DNA of 57,309 nucleotides, the filler included, from Squatina squatina (taxonomy: Eukaryota): assembly GCA_031763465.1 (NCBI GenBank). It is 3 parts of 3 records of this genome, joined end to end, with 100 filler letters (N's around TTAATTAATTAA, not from the genome) between each part and the next. Parts side by side here need not be neighbours in the genome. Positions count along the whole stretch, not along the records: positions 1 to 23,533 come from JARFOE010000016.1; positions 23,634 to 42,139 come from JARFOE010000115.1; 1 more part is not named here. One strand, written 5' to 3'. The number at the start of each line of letters is the position of its first letter. Position 1 is the stretch's first letter. The notes under the pieces were generated by a model, which saw nothing but the letters and a program-made list of their open reading frames with translations, was not told the origin of the DNA and did not search any database. A program made the position numbers and the translations under genes. This document shows positions 11,450-24,534 of the stretch, in pieces.

Positions 11450-11730
11450 TCTTGTTGACAGCCTCTGATACCTTACCCAAGTGGCCATGCTTCATGTGTG
11501 GGCCGATCACAGTGAATATCAGGCTGCTGCTCAACTGTTCAGGACCTCACAGCCAAGTCCAATCTTGTCCTCACCCAAAGTCCACACACAGGAACTTCCC
11601 AGCAGAAGGCACCGAACAGCAATCCAGAGTGGGCAGTTTGCCTCCCTCCCCTCCCCCCAACACTTCCCTAGCCCAGGAGTACTGAAACTGTAATGCCACT
11701 ACTGCTATCCTGACTGAGATCAGCTACCTC
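11450..11730 (-). mobile_element. Old SINE-like interspersed repeat; second diverged copy at about 28140-28380 (+)
   Basis: Both copies share the blocks TAGCTGATCTCAGTC, TTCTGCT(G/A)G..AAGT and GGTGAGGA(C/G)AAGATT. Family not identified. Confidence 0.45.
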
Positions 11731-12949
11731 ACCAAAGACTACAAGGGAAGTTACCTACAAACCTTTAACTTCAATAATGCTCCATTTTCTACATGCAATT
11801 TTTTTTTAAAAGGTCAGTTATACTTTCAAGCTTAAATACAAGAAAGAAATATGTCTTAAAGCTAGGCTTGAAAACATACAATGTAACTGTAGCTGGGTGT
11901 CAAAGAGGTTAACTCGTGCAATCCATTGATAAAATCAGCTAGCAGTTTATCATGAAACAATTATTTTTTAGATAATCATACAGATGCAGACATGTCTGAG
12001 TGGAAAACATCATTAGATGTTAGAAAGGAAGAAAAATTTGTAAATGAGTACAAGACCACGTAGATACAAATGCAGTGTTTCACATTTAATGGGAAGAATT
12101 GTTCTACGTAGTCCAGTTCAGACTATACTTCTGCTTAACAGTATTGTCTTACTCCACTGAATACAGCTATAACTGATTGTGTAATCATTTCTTTCAGCCA
12201 GCATCTTGTTCTGTAAACTGCATTTCAGAATCCATTTTGTAGTACGTACCCTGCAGTTGCCCATGTTTATGCAATGTTTGTTAAGTAAATATTTATGCTG
12301 AGAAACCAAAGGTGATTCTGTTTTATTTTCTCCATGTTGCCTATTCTGCAACAGTGAGTACACTTCAAAAATACTTCATGGCTGTGAAGCTCTTTGAGGT
12401 GGTCTGAAGTCATGAAAGGTGCTACATAAATGCAAGTTATAAAAGGAATAGAGTAAATAAGGAGAAACAGTTTCCTGTGACAGAAGGGTCGGTAAACAGA
12501 GGACACAGACGTAAGGTAATTGTTAAAAGAAGCAGANNNNNNNNNNNNNNNNNNNNNNNNNNNNNNNNNNNNNNNNNNNNNNNNNNNNNNNNNNNNNNNN
12601 NNNNNNNNNNNNNNNNNNNNNNNNNNNNNNNNNNNNTTCAATATACTCATATTTTTTTCGACCGGGAGAAGGGAGCAAGCAGTGAAGTTCAACGAGAGCA
12701 TGGGACCAGGACAGTGCAAAGTCCAAGGCTGAAGCAGGGTTGAGGTTGGAGCTGAACTGAGTTGAAGGCCTGGGGTTGAGAGGAAGTAGCAGGACGATAT
12801 CTCATGTTGGCAGTGAGTGTGATGGGAACAGAGATTACATGGTGATTGGCAGGGACCAGTATATTGGGAGACTGAGTCTGGGAGCACAAGGCAGCCTGGC
12901 AAATCGTGGGCTGAGGCTGGGAAGCACTGACAGAAAGAAAGAAATGGCA

Positions 12950-13221
12950 AGATAATCTGCTTTTTGTTCTGTTGATTGAGGGATAAATATTGGCCAGGAC
13001 ACCAGGGATAACTCCCCTGCTCTTCTTCAAAATAGTACCATGGAATTTTTCACATCCACCTGTGAGAGTAGACAAGGCCTCAGTTTAACATCACATCCTC
13101 AGCACTGCACTGGAGTGTCAGCCTAGATTTATGCGCTCAAGTCCCTGGAGTGGGACGTGAACCTACAAACCTTCTGACGCAGAGGGAAGGGAAGTGTGCT
13201 ACCCACTGAGCCACAGCTGAC
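12950..13221 (-). mobile_element. tRNA-derived DeuSINE (SacSINE1-like)
   Basis: Minus strand reads GTCAGCTGTGGCTCAGTGGGTAGCAC (A box), GGTTCACGTCCCACTCCAG (B box), then CTAGGCTGACACTCCAGTGCAGTGCTGAGG. A related copy lies at 37637-37985. Confidence 0.8.
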
Positions 13222-14287
13222 TGTTGGAGGATGGGACAGAGTGAGGGGAGATGTCTGGAGCTGTGTGAAAACTTCTGGCAATTATAGCCTTCTTGTGTTG
13301 AATTAGCTTTAAAGTACAACTGCGTTATTTCTGCGTGTGTCAGGATGAGCTTGAATCACTTGGGCCACACAGTGGCTCACGGGAGTTGCAGTGCAGCTGT
13401 ACGGCGGAGAACATCAGACATCAGCTGGGTAGGCTCGGTCGTGATGTATGGGGAATGAGAGCAAGCCAGGTGAGGAATGTTAATCAGGGCCAACAAGGTG
13501 TGTTCCTTGTCCACATGTGTAAATGGGAGGAGGTGGGGAGGAAAATTGTTGAGGCAACTGGAATGTAGGATGATAATTTTATGAGTAAGTTTGTATTTTT
13601 TTCTAAACTGTTTCCCTGTATTGTTTCTGATGATTCAGCAAATACTTCATTTTGAGAGTAAAATTCCTTATCATTTGTAAACTTTAAAATCAAGCAGTTA
13701 ATTAACTGAATGAGCTTTGCCAGCCGTGCATAATGGGAAACTGCTGATGCATTTCTTGCAGGTTTCTGCCCATTCACTTTATGCACAGAATATCCTGGCA
13801 AATGTACCAGTGATTGCCAAATATGAGATCCTGCCGGAAATCCAATTACGTAAAGTCAAATTCCACACAAATTCACAATAAGGTTGGAATCAGCCAATAT
13901 TGAAAGAGACAAATTATCTTCACTAGAGAAGTAATCATAGTAAAATAGAATGCATCAAGGTAAGTAGTCCACCCAAAAATGAAATATTCCCACTCCAAAA
14001 TTAGCTGCTAAATATAGCATGAATTACTTCTGTCAATGTGCATATCTTGCAATTGCAGTCTGATAATTCCTGTAATTTATCACAAAAGATAAAATATAAT
14101 GGAAACATGTGGCCTAATTTGAAGCCAGTGACAACTTTGCAATATGACTGCTCAATAATGTTCATGTAAGGATGTAATAATCCCTCTTAACTTCATAAAC
14201 AATTCAGAGGTTTTAAAAAATAATCAGAAACAGCAGATGAGCACAAAATTAAACAAGTTCTTGGTTGCCCAAAATTATGTTCATGAT

Positions 14288-15472
14288 TTAAACTGAATTC
14301 TCGTCAGAACTCAACCAGGTAAACTTGTATTTTCTCAGCGGTAAGACAAGGTCCAGGGATAAAAGTTTCTGTTCACGTTCAGTTCCAACTAGTCGATATC
14401 CAAGCACGTTCATGGCTCCCCGACAGATGTCCTGTATTTTTAAAACCTTATCAAATGGCACCTCAGTCCTCCATGCCTGCGATATGCTTCTAGCATTTCT
14501 AGCTGTTATTGTGAATGCTGATCCGCTTCCTTCTCCGTGTGTGATGTTATGTATCCAAGACTTAAGCTTTGGAGTCAAACTTAAATCAGCAAATTTATAC
14601 ATTGCCGATATCTCATTAATTGGATCTCTTACCACATCTTCATACCGCACCATCATATAGCGTTGTTTCAGAAAGTCTGGAGCTCCTTTGGTTGCTATCT
14701 CATGAATCTGTATGTGACTTCTGCAAACTTCCTTCATGACTTCATAGTTTGATTCTTCAGCTTTATCTTTTTCTATGGGTTTACCGTTCAAAACAATACT
14801 GTTGTCTAGCAATAGTGCAAGAATTGATTTATCACGAGACTTAATGACAGCCCTAGGGTCTCTAACAAGGTGAATGATTTTGAGGTTCAGGGTGGGGTCA
14901 GTGAGGAGGGGAAACAGTGACATTAGCTCAAAGAATCTCACTTCTTTAAGCACAATGTGACTGTAGGTTTTACACGCTTCTTCCACTTTAAAAAATTTGG
15001 ACATGTTGCAATGTTTTTTACATATTGCAGCATTGCTGAGGTCTGTTCTTTCATTATAGTCACATGTGGGCGGTGAGCAGAGAGCTCTGCTGACCTCCCA
15101 TTGGAACAAGTCAGATACCCGTCTGTTTTCAGACATATAGGCATCAAATACTGACATGTCACACAAGAATGTAGACCGTATAAGGTCCCTAACAGCCATT
15201 TGCAAGACCTTTGCACTGTTTTGATGCATAGATACCCACACATGCCATGCAGGTTCCATTAAGTAAAAGACATCAGGATGTTGGCTGAATACTTGTCCCA
15301 CAAAGGAAGAACCTGATCTCCAGGATGAAAGAATTAGGATGTGAACTTTGTTATTCTGTTCATCAGATGGGAATAAATCAACCGTGGATCTGGAGTAGAT
15401 GAAGATTAAAGCCAATGTCTGAATAGTGACAAATGCAACAATGCTTGTAGTTACAAAGGTTAGCCTCACCAT
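14288..15472 (-). CDS. CHST6: Carbohydrate (N-acetylglucosamine 6-O) sulfotransferase, CHST6/CHST5-like, single coding exon, 394 aa
   Basis: Type II membrane anchor, 5'-PSB motif SSWRSGSSFVGQ, HPDVFYLMEPAWHVW, 3'-PB motif HLVRDPRAV..SR and VRYED. Acceptor ttttacag| at 15500-15501 places the true start at ATG 15472, not 15523. It lies downstream of TMEM231, as in tetrapods. Confidence 0.9.
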   Translation of the reverse strand: MVRLTFVTTSIVAFVTIQTLALIFIYSRSTVDLFPSDEQNNKVHILILSSWRSGSSFVGQVFSQHPDVFYLMEPAWHVWVSMHQNSAKVLQMAVRDLIRSTFLCDMSVFDAYMSENRRVSDLFQWEVSRALCSPPTCDYNERTDLSNAAICKKHCNMSKFFKVEEACKTYSHIVLKEVRFFELMSLFPLLTDPTLNLKIIHLVRDPRAVIKSRDKSILALLLDNSIVLNGKPIEKDKAEESNYEVMKEVCRSHIQIHEIATKGAPDFLKQRYMMVRYEDVVRDPINEISAMYKFADLSLTPKLKSWIHNITHGEGSGSAFTITARNARSISQAWRTEVPFDKVLKIQDICRGAMNVLGYRLVGTEREQKLLSLDLVLPLRKYKFTWLSSDENSV

Positions 15473-15596
15473 AGCGATGGCTCCTAATGTGGTACTGATC
15501 TGTAAAATAAAAGACACTGACATTACCGATTGCTTCAGAACTACACAGTCACCATGCTAACCAATGACTTGAAATTGACCAGACAGAAAAACAAAG

Positions 15597-16231
15597 GGGA
15601 AAAAAATTGGGCTACTTGGGCGCTAACAGGGCGCAAATGAGTTTGCGATCAGGCTCGACGAGAACAGCGTCTCCCACTAAATTCGATGGTGTTTTGTGGC
15701 AGCAGTTAACATGTAGCACACTGCTCTGCTGCGGCACCACTGTCATCACCGTGTGCAGCGCCCCGGAACAAAAATTGGCCGTTGCCTCCTGGTTTAGCAC
15801 CTGGCGCTATTTAAAGGCGCCAGCAACCGAGGAAGCTTTCGTCAGCCAATAATGTTTCCTTCTTAGTTTCAAATAGGCAGACAGATTTGAGTGATTTACA
15901 GTTGAAGGACTGATCTGGCTCTTAAAGATTTGTGACTTTCATTAAGGGCAGATTTGAAACTTCAACGTTTAAATTGTTTCATGGGGGCTGTGCTGGCACT
16001 GGACCTCGCCCTCCAGCTTCAGCGTCGGAGGCAACTAAGGCACAGAGAAACACTGCAAAATGTGGCCAGAGGGAGGAGGGCCAAGAGGGCTCTCAACAGG
16101 AGACCTTACCCTCCCAGGCTATTCTGGCAGCAGTTCTCCTACATTAATTCCACTGAGGAACACTCTACATGATCAGTGCCTGAAATGCCCAAGTAACTAC
16201 CCTTGTATGTTGTTAGTTGGTATGATTGGAC
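15597..16231 (+). mobile_element. Harbinger/PIF DNA transposon remnant (5' end and transposase N-terminus)
   Basis: GC-rich terminus. Translation RRAKRALNRRPYPPRLFWQQFSYINSTEEH resembles the R-rich RPYPPRVFR...SYL..SEE N-terminus of Harbinger transposases. Confidence 0.5.
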
Positions 16232-17859
16232 NNNNNNNNNNNNNNNNNNNNNNNNNNNNNNNNNNNNNNNNNNNNNNNNNNNNNNNNNNNNNNNNNNNNN
16301 NNNNNNNNNNNNNNNNNNNNNNNNNNNNNNNTGGAAATTCTTGCCCCTCTTCAAACCAATCAAATTGGGCACCAACCATTGGATATTAGATGTGCTCGTT
16401 CATGTACTCTGCCTCCAGATCCCATTGTCCAGCAGTTATTGTCTCAAGCCTCAGAGTTTCTACATCTGGTATTTGGCCTTCAGTCTGGTGGTAGACCTAT
16501 ATAGGATATTTTGTGACAGGCCAGCCAGCTTGATGTTCTACGCTTAATGTGCCGGGCTTACTTGTTACCAGAAGTATAATCCGGATCTTTCACACGAACC
16601 AAAGAAATCCTTTTCATTACATACCTAGAAGCTCCAACCCATGAAAGAGAACTGTTTTGAATTATGTATCACATTCATTATCTTAACCCTGCTTTGGGAA
16701 TTTTGACCTTGGAAAATGTCCTGCCCTCAAAAAGTCATACAGATTCACTAGATTATATATGTGTGGAATATATCCTTTTCAGAATAGAAGATAGATTTTA
16801 ATAATAGGCTCCAATGTGTTGAAACAAGATATTGGAATCAAGTCAGCAAGAGATGAAGGCTAATCATGCTTCCACTACAGTCAGTGGGAAAACAATTTGT
16901 TTAAATAAACAATAGTGATTCTGTCTTTATACTGGCATGGAAGATATTTGAATAGTTCTTACAGTAGCTGTGTGTAAATTGAAATATTACACTGTGTTAA
17001 TTTGTGTTATTAAATACTCTGCTCTATGACACAGAAGCAGAGTGCAGTGGAATGGTTGCTTTGCAGCTCTGTTTCAACACCGACGATAGCAGGCAATTAG
17101 GATTTCTGGAGAGGTTGAATTATAAAAGGCCATTTTAAATCCATATCTAACAGAAATTTTAGAAAAAAATCTTACCTGTAAAATCTTTCTGATCTCAACT
17201 GTAAAAGTTTGCAGGCTGAGTAAATGTGTTTCCTTTAGGAGACCAGCAGAGTTTTATTGAAACAATGAGCAGCTTTCAGACGTGGCTGTACTACTCATGA
17301 GTCAGGGAAGTTGGGGGACGGACATTGAGTCTGAAAGGTTTTCAATTACCAAATGAGAGGAAAACACTGCGAAACATTGTTTTGGTGTTTGGGGAAGGCA
17401 CAAACTGTACTGGCCTTGGATAACAGTTATTTATGTTTTATAACTTTCATGCAATCCAAATAATAAAAAAGATATTAATATTGTCTAAATTTTCTCTCTG
17501 TTTGCACCTTTTAAAATCCTTTCACTCAAAAAGTAAAGAAAAGGAGGAGTTGCAAATGGGAATGTTTTTAATTTTGTGCTAATCACTTAAAGAATGTCAG
17601 TGCTAGGGAAAGGAGAAGGATTTTGTTTTCATTTTTGAAATCCAGTGCCAGCAATAAAGCACTTCCAGGTGAGGTGTACCTTGAATTAGATGCAAAAGAA
17701 TGCTCTCTCTAATCTGCCACCCTTTTCATCAAAATCATANNNNNNNNNNNNNNNNNNNNNNNNNNNNNNNNNNNNNNNNNNNNNNNNNNNNNNNNNNNNN
17801 NNNNNNNNNNNNNNNNNNNNNNNNNNNNNNNNNNNNNNNGCCTAAATGGCCTAGCCCTA

Positions 17860-18150
17860 ACTTTAAAGATTATGTCCCCTCATTCTCGATTTCCACAACG
17901 AGAGGAAATATTTTCTCCTTATCTACCCTATCGAATGCTTTTAACGTTTCAAATAACTCCATCAGATCACCCCTCAATCAAAGTTTATACAAACTGTCCT
18001 CATAATTTAACCCTCTAAGCCCTGGTATCATTCTGGTGAATCTGTACTGCAGCGCTGGTAGGTTACTATGTCCTTCCTAAAGTATTGTGCCCAAAACTGA
18101 ATGCAGTACTCCAGATGGTGTCTGACCAAAGCTCGATACAACAAGCTGCC
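17860..18150 (-). mobile_element. CR1 LINE fragment
   Basis: Reverse-complement similarity to 2290-2600 (CTGGTATCATTCTGGTGAATCT, GTGCCCAAAACTGAATGCAGTACTCCAG). Confidence 0.75.
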
Positions 18151-18729
18151 ACCACCTCTGGATACTGCAGATAGCTGTTACCAGAAATATTATGACAATT
18201 TTTTGCCTCCCCCAAGAGAATACATGGTTGCGGGAGGGGGGTAGGAAATGTCTCGTCATGCTGGCCCAGTCATGAGTGTGGGGCTGCCTTGATTGACCAG
18301 CTGGTCTTTTCCTGCCGGTCATTTTTGTAATTTCTTTGCATGCTAATAAAGCAGATAATATGGCATCCAGTGCAATTTCATATTGCCACTATAATGTGAT
18401 CGTTTGAACTTCAACACTGAATTTTAAATGTCAGATTTATTCAACATAATATATCAATTCTCAGAGTTTGTAAACACTTCTGTAGACATTACTTTGAATT
18501 TAAAAAAGGATATGAGATCATTTCCACAGGATATCTGATGACAGCATTAATAACAAATGGAGCATCAGCAGCTTTTCCTGCTCTCCACACGGGATACTGA
18601 TTGGTAAAAATTGTTGTTACTAAAACAGAAAGATAGTTAGTGTTAGATTCAAAGGGGAAAAAGTAGTTCTAAGATGAGCATTTTATATTGGTATATCAAT
18701 GCACAATGTTAGTGTAATGAAAATCTCAC

Positions 18730-18811
18730 CATTTCTATCTTGATATGATGCAATGATATCTGCCAGGTCAAAAGCACTTGCAAATGGACTGCCACCATTA
18801 ACTATTGAAAC
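18730..18811 (-). CDS. TMEM231: TMEM231 internal exon (82 nt); other exons not captured
   Basis: cacag|GTT TCA...AGA AAT G|gtgag. Encodes VSIVNGGSPFASAFDLADIIASYQDRN, like TMEM231 ISVING.SPFA..YDL..I.A.YQERN. Position between the CHST gene and ADAT1 fits known synteny. Confidence 0.85.
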
Positions 18812-20048
18812 CTGTGNNNNNNNNNNNNNNNNNNNNNNNNNNNNNNNNNNNNNNNNNNNNNNNNNNNNNNNNNNNNNNNNNNNNNNNNNNNNNNNNNNNN
18901 NNNNNNNNNNNNNNNNTTTGACCACGGGGGCTGGTGTTACAGCACAATGCTCTTCTCCCTACCTCTTTGCAGGGCACGAAAATGAACAGTAGCAGAAACT
19001 TGACTATTTGTGAGTTGCGGGAAGTACTTCTGAAGTGTAATCACTGTGAATTAGTTACTTAAATTAAGATATACTGCTCCTTTATCTTACAACTCAGTGA
19101 AATTCATGAATACTATTTTAAAAAAGTCCCATTACATATTTTGTAAAATGCACACACCAGCTGTTCATAGTTGGGAGTATTTTGTTTATTGTCATGACAC
19201 ATGGTCAGGAGAAAAGTGTAGATCAACAGCATGATGAGAAAGAAACAGAAAATTACACAAAAATATTAAAACCAAAAGGCTGTATCATGTTTAATAAAAT
19301 TACTGATGCCCTGATACCAATTACAGCAATTGATCAGTGCATTGGGGTCAGTTAACAAAGGGTTTTACTTAATTAAATTAAAAAACATCTAACAAGCATA
19401 ACTATTATCATATACAAACTATTTAATGTCAATCGATTCTAACTACCACAACAGTACAACTCCATCAAAGTCTGGTAAAGCACTATTAGAGTTTGACACC
19501 AACAATCTGAAGACTGAGGAATGAAGTTAAATTTGTAATTTTAAAAACTCCCTTCTAAATTCTGATGAAGATTCTCTAACTGAAATGTTAACCTATCATC
19601 TTTCCAGATACCAAAGAATCAGCTATGTCTTTCCAGCTTTTTCTGTTCTTTAATTTATAAACCCTTCTGAATTTGATAGCACACAAAATGTCATAGAACA
19701 GACAACTGTGATAGAAACAACAGTGATGCTTTCCTATTTTCCATCAAACTTCATTGTTACTATTTTGCCTTTTTCTGTTCATTGCATCTCATCTATATAC
19801 ATTATAAGCTCTGACTATTACACAAGTCTTTCTGGGCAGATGTACAAGTCCATGCTTAGCAATATTAAAGCCTAGCAATTAAAAAAAGCAATTTGATTGT
19901 TGTATACATTTTATCCAGTGCAAATTAACAATGTCAAACTTAAAAAAAAAATTCAGAATGCTAATTTGGATCTACTGTGATCCAGGTATACTCATCCACA
20001 CACCACTGACTTTAATTGTTTTTGTCATATTACTCCACTGTTTGCTTT

Positions 20049-20162
20049 CTACTGAAATTGCAGTAAGTCCCTTGGGGTTCTAATCCAGGTGACAAATGCT
20101 TGCTTCTGTATTTCATTCCATGCTTCCTGGTAATTTGCTGCAGCCTCCTTGAATTCACAGTA
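20049..20162 (-). CDS. ADAT1: ADAT1 terminal coding exon (5' part lost in gap)
   Basis: YCEFKEAAANYQEAWNEIQKQAFVTWIRTPRDLLQFQ* matches the ADAT1 C-terminus. Not in the supplied ORF track. Confidence 0.85.
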   Translation of the reverse strand, partial: YCEFKEAAANYQEAWNEIQKQAFVTWIRTPRDLLQFQ

Positions 20163-20974
20163 NNNNNNNNNNNNNNNNNNNNNNNNNNNNNNNNNNNNNN
20201 NNNNNNNNNNNNNNNNNNNNNNNNNNNNNNNNNNNNNNNNNNNNNNNNNNNNNNNNNNNNNNACGGCTGCAAAACACTACAAATTCTCACTGCCAGTAAT
20301 CGCGTGGCTTCTTCAGGCTGCCAAATTAAACTTAAATGCACCAAAAAATTGAGGGCAGTTGTGTGTTGTTGACTCATATCCACTGGGAAAGAATTGAGAC
20401 AGCCTAACCAGTTCAGTTCTGGATCTTTACCAAACTTAGAGAAAGACGACTTTCATTCCATCTATTTGGTCTAGATTTGAAACAAGACAGCAAAAGTGAA
20501 AGTAGTCTCCCAGTTCCCCAGACCCACAATTTAGCTAGTCTTGATAGTAATCTTCACTCTCCAGTTATTAATGATTGATTGTATTTCTTGTTTCAGCCAT
20601 GATGCAATCATATTTGGCTGGGATGACAGCCAAATAAGTCATAGACTCCACTGTGACTTGTAACATACAAAATACACTGAATTTAGCAAGAAGGAGCAGA
20701 GAAAGAAATANNNNNNNNNNAACATACCAGCCCTGCTAAATGAGATACAATTCATCACGTTTGACTGAATATAGCTAAATGCTGTATGTAAAATGGTTTA
20801 ATGTAATTTACTCCAGATAATTCAGTTAATTTTTGTGCTTATAACTTTGAATTATCCAATAAGTTCAGTTTAATTGAGCGAATTAGAATTATTCGGAGTA
20901 GACTGTAGTACCACTTCTTCAGACTGGCCAGAATACTTTGTATGTTCTTTACAGAAGTAACTTATTATTGTTAC

Positions 20975-21792
20975 CTATCCATTATAGCTCTCTTCATGAC
21001 TTTCTCACTATATGGACACTGTCCCACTACAATGGANNNNNNNNNNNNNNNNNNNNNNNNNNNNNNNNNNNNNNNNNNNNNNNNNNNNNNNNNNNNNNNN
21101 NNNNNNNNNNNNNNNNNNNNNNNNNNNNNNNNNNNNTACAATGGAAGAGAAATATACAGGCTCCTCAAAGAAATGCATCAGAAGTGCTCCTTGACAGCCA
21201 AGAATGTTCCAACGAGCAAGTTTATCACTACAGGACATCGATAATGTCCTGTCACCTCTTCCTGGCTTCACCCTCAATGATTCCACACAGTGGTAGTTAA
21301 TTCCAGGCTTATGGGGATCTTGAAAGCCACCTGGTACACATTTAGCTCCAGTTCGGTGTACGTCTGAAACTTTGATTTGCATCTCTCTGGTTTCATCTGC
21401 ATCCAGTGGAACTGCATTATGAGATACAGCAGTATCGTGGCTGCTAATATGCATCGTTTCTGTTGCATAAATGTGATTATCATCGATCTGGACATCAATG
21501 CTTCCTTTTGCAGTCTGACGATTGGAGTTCCTTTCAGGAATACTGCTACTTCCAGACACAAAGTCTCCACTTCCATCAACCCTTTTTACTCTTTTTTCAG
21601 GAACCTCTGTGGCACTTTTATCACATTTCCGTTTTTTGTCCTGTATGTGCTCTTCATTATTTAATAATTGCACATCTTCACTTTTATTATCTTGAACAGT
21701 GATATCTCTCTGCTCACCACCCTCCTCTGCTCTCATTTTTGGACAAGGTTTCTTCTCCTTTTCTGCCATTGGGATAATGGAAGCATCACCAC
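20975..21792 (-). CDS. ADAT1: ADAT1 (tRNA-specific adenosine deaminase 1) large central exon, interrupted by a false 100-N gap
   Basis: ttttgcag|GT GGT GAT GCT gives (C)GDASIIPM...[10 protein letters not shown]...[33 protein letters not shown]...[23 protein letters not shown](R)|gtaac. Collapsing the 9-nt overlap across the gap gives an open 709-nt exon. Confidence 0.92.
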
Positions 21793-22391
21793 CTGCAAAA
21801 GCAACAGATAACGGTTTCTATTCAAATCACTTAAAAGCTCCTAATTGTCATTACTCTTCACAATCTCACAGGAATAAATACTCAGAGCTCAGGAACCTCA
21901 GAACAAATCTGATAGAATTACTACAAAATAAAACACTGGCTAATGCATCTATAAATCACTAATTACTTACAGGTGACGTCTAGGATCACATTTGCAAATA
22001 GTTTCCCAGTTTTATTTGATGGGGTTAAAATTATTGGGCTAAATTATTGAATAAGCATACTGCGGACTGGAAAAATTGTTTTTCTCCAGTTTTCAAGTTC
22101 AAAGTGTAAAACAAATCCAATGTAACTTCCAGATGAAGTTGTGAAGGCAAAATTTCGTTTGAGAAACATGCCAGATGCTATGATAATACAGGTGAAATAT
22201 TCTAGGTTCATTCTGGATGTATAAGCTAGAATCGATCAAATAGCCTTCTTCAACTATCTTATGCAATATAATGCAGTCCCTACTGCTTCTANNNNNNNNN
22301 NNNNNNNNNNNNNNNNNNNNNNNNNNNNNNNNNNNNNNNNNNNNNNNNNNNNNNNNNNNNNNNNNNNNNNNNNNNNNNNNNNNNNNNNNNN

Positions 22392-22580
22392 AATTCAATA
22401 AATCTGGTAATTCAGAAAATGACCTTGAAACAAGCCAGATGTGGGTTAAAAAAATCCCATCTGGTTCACTAATGTTCAAGGAAATGAACTTGCTACTCTT
22501 ACCTGATCTGGCCTATCCATCACGACACACATTCCACATGGCCTCAGGACAACTTACTAGCATTGCCCACATTCCAAAAC
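22392..22580 (+). mobile_element. SINE body fragment, same family as 51480-51830
   Basis: Shared blocks AATAAATCTGG, TGACC, CTGGTTCACTAA and ACTTGCT..CCTTACC. Confidence 0.6.
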
Positions 22581-23533
22581 AATTTTTTTTTTTTTTTAAA
22601 CCCCCATTGGTGATGGATTATTTATTGGATTCTTTCTCATTAGTCACAGGGTTGAAATTAGTTGCTACTNNNNNNNNNNGCTGTAAAGAATATATATTAC
22701 GGTCTGGATGTCTAAGGTGTTAATTTGCATCTGTAGTTTGCTCCTGTGGGAAAGGATTGTTAAGCATGCTAATGTCTTAAATGCAAAACTGCTAATGTCA
22801 TTCTATCCAGCTTTCACAACTGCCTAGAAAAGTTTTAATTTCTTGCAATCACAGGTTGGTCAAAATGGTAGAACAGATTAACAGGTTTCTCAGAAATGGA
22901 TCTATACATTCAATTCAAACATTCTAAGTGATTGACATCCTGGAGATCTTTTTAGAGTAATACACAGGTTGGATTGACAGCTATATCTTGGTTGAAGATT
23001 TAAAGCAGGTTCCAAAGCTGGGGGCGAGGGAGGTGGGGAGGACCATGTTTCTTTGTAGACCATTTGATGAACAAACTATGTTGCCAAGAGTGACAGGTTG
23101 TAAGTTTATATTTGGCTGCCTGCAGTCCAGCTCATTAGACAGCCTGAAGGAATCATGAGATAGAAGCCTAGTCAGAGGTGTCTTTGGTATGAGTTGCTCT
23201 CCCTTCTCTTAGGCAGTCCCTCGGGTACGAGGATGACTTGCTACATAAGGAGTAAGCAACTGTACTCTGACAATTAGTCATATATTGAGAGTTAGCACCA
23301 GAGAAGCATCTGTTATTTTGACATTTTGAGATCAGTAAAAATTTATAATTACTATAAATATATTTATGTTGAGTACTGCTCTTTTAGCTGTTTATGGTCA
23401 AGTAAAGATGTGTAGTGATTTGCATTTATATAGCAATCATCATGTCCTCACTTCACAATCAGTTGAATTACTTTAGAAGTGTAGTTATTTTTAGACAAAT
23501 GCAGCAGCGAAGTTCCACAACAGGTTCCACAAA

Positions 23534-23633
23534 NNNNNNNNNNNNNNNNNNNNNNNNNNNNNNNNNNNNNNNNNNNNTTAATTAATTAANNNNNNNNNNN
23601 NNNNNNNNNNNNNNNNNNNNNNNNNNNNNNNNN
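23534..23633. other. Artificial scaffold-joining spacer (44 N + TTAATTAATTAA + 44 N)
   Basis: A stop-in-all-six-frames 12-mer at 23578-23589 centred in Ns. An identical structure occurs at 42140-42239, and gene content changes across each spacer. Confidence 0.92.
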
Positions 23634-24534
23634 CCTCGCTGACAATTCATATGGATTTTATGTATAATTGTGAGATGAATTTGAAGTCCATATGTACTTA
23701 ACTTCCTGGGATTATTTTTTCTGCATTAATTCTAACTTCTACAGCTTGTGCTGATTTTCATTGAAGAAGAGTGTCAATTAATTGTTGATTTTGCACATGA
23801 TGAATACAGGGGCTCAGTTGGTGTTTATTTTCCCTGCAGACTTCTATTTTTTATTTAGTATTACGACAGAGGATATATACATTAATGAGTTCACGGTTAA
23901 TTTTTCGTCATTACTGGGTTGAAATCAGTAGCTGCTGTCTTTGTTTCATGTATGGTAGACATAATTGTGAGGCTAGACGAATTGGAAATTTAATGCATAA
24001 CTGATCTGTTGGTTGTAGAGTGCACTACAAATGGGGTGTACAGAAGTGCTATTAACCACAATGATATGTATGCTATTAATAGGTTGACACCCAGAGGATG
24101 TGCTGTTTTTCATTGGTGTAATGGATTTATGATTCCCTGAAGTAGGAAGGCGGTTGGATAAAAGTGAATGATTTATATTAATCAAAATATAGTAAAATAT
24201 TTTAAAGAAAATGTCAATACTTATTGACTACACTGCTGATGTTAAACTCCACATTCTTTTGACCTTTCACTGGCCTCTCAAAGCTGTTGATTCTAGAATT
24301 GAAATTTGTACATTAATCTGTTGACAGTATCATTTGTATGAATTGTTTATAATTTTCCCCATAGTTTGTAAAGTCAGACTGAGCAATTTTTGCAAACTAT
24401 AACAAAATACAGCAAAAGACAAAGCTATGAATTACACGCAGAGCAACAGGTAGTCACGGTTCACAAAGGTTATCAGATCAAGGGCCTCAGATAATGCTGG
24501 AGCAAAATTCAAGCAGTATATCACACAGATTTAA

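Noticed and set aside
13140-13221. tRNA gene
   Set aside because: The A and B boxes run straight into a SINE body present in several copies, so this is a SINE head rather than a tRNA.
15473-15523. N-terminal extension of the CHST ORF (MSVSFILQ...)
   Set aside because: It crosses a polypyrimidine/AG acceptor at 15500-15501, so the upstream ATG is most likely intronic.
18917-20030. Apparent loss of GABARAPL2 here, of CBR4 between SH3RF1 and PALLD, and of many exons of the called genes
   Set aside because: Placeholder gaps hide unknown amounts of sequence, so absence is uninformative.
20263-20285. Possible start of another ADAT1 exon (ttttgcag|CCGT, minus strand)
   Set aside because: Only 4 exonic nt are visible before the gap, which is too little to call.
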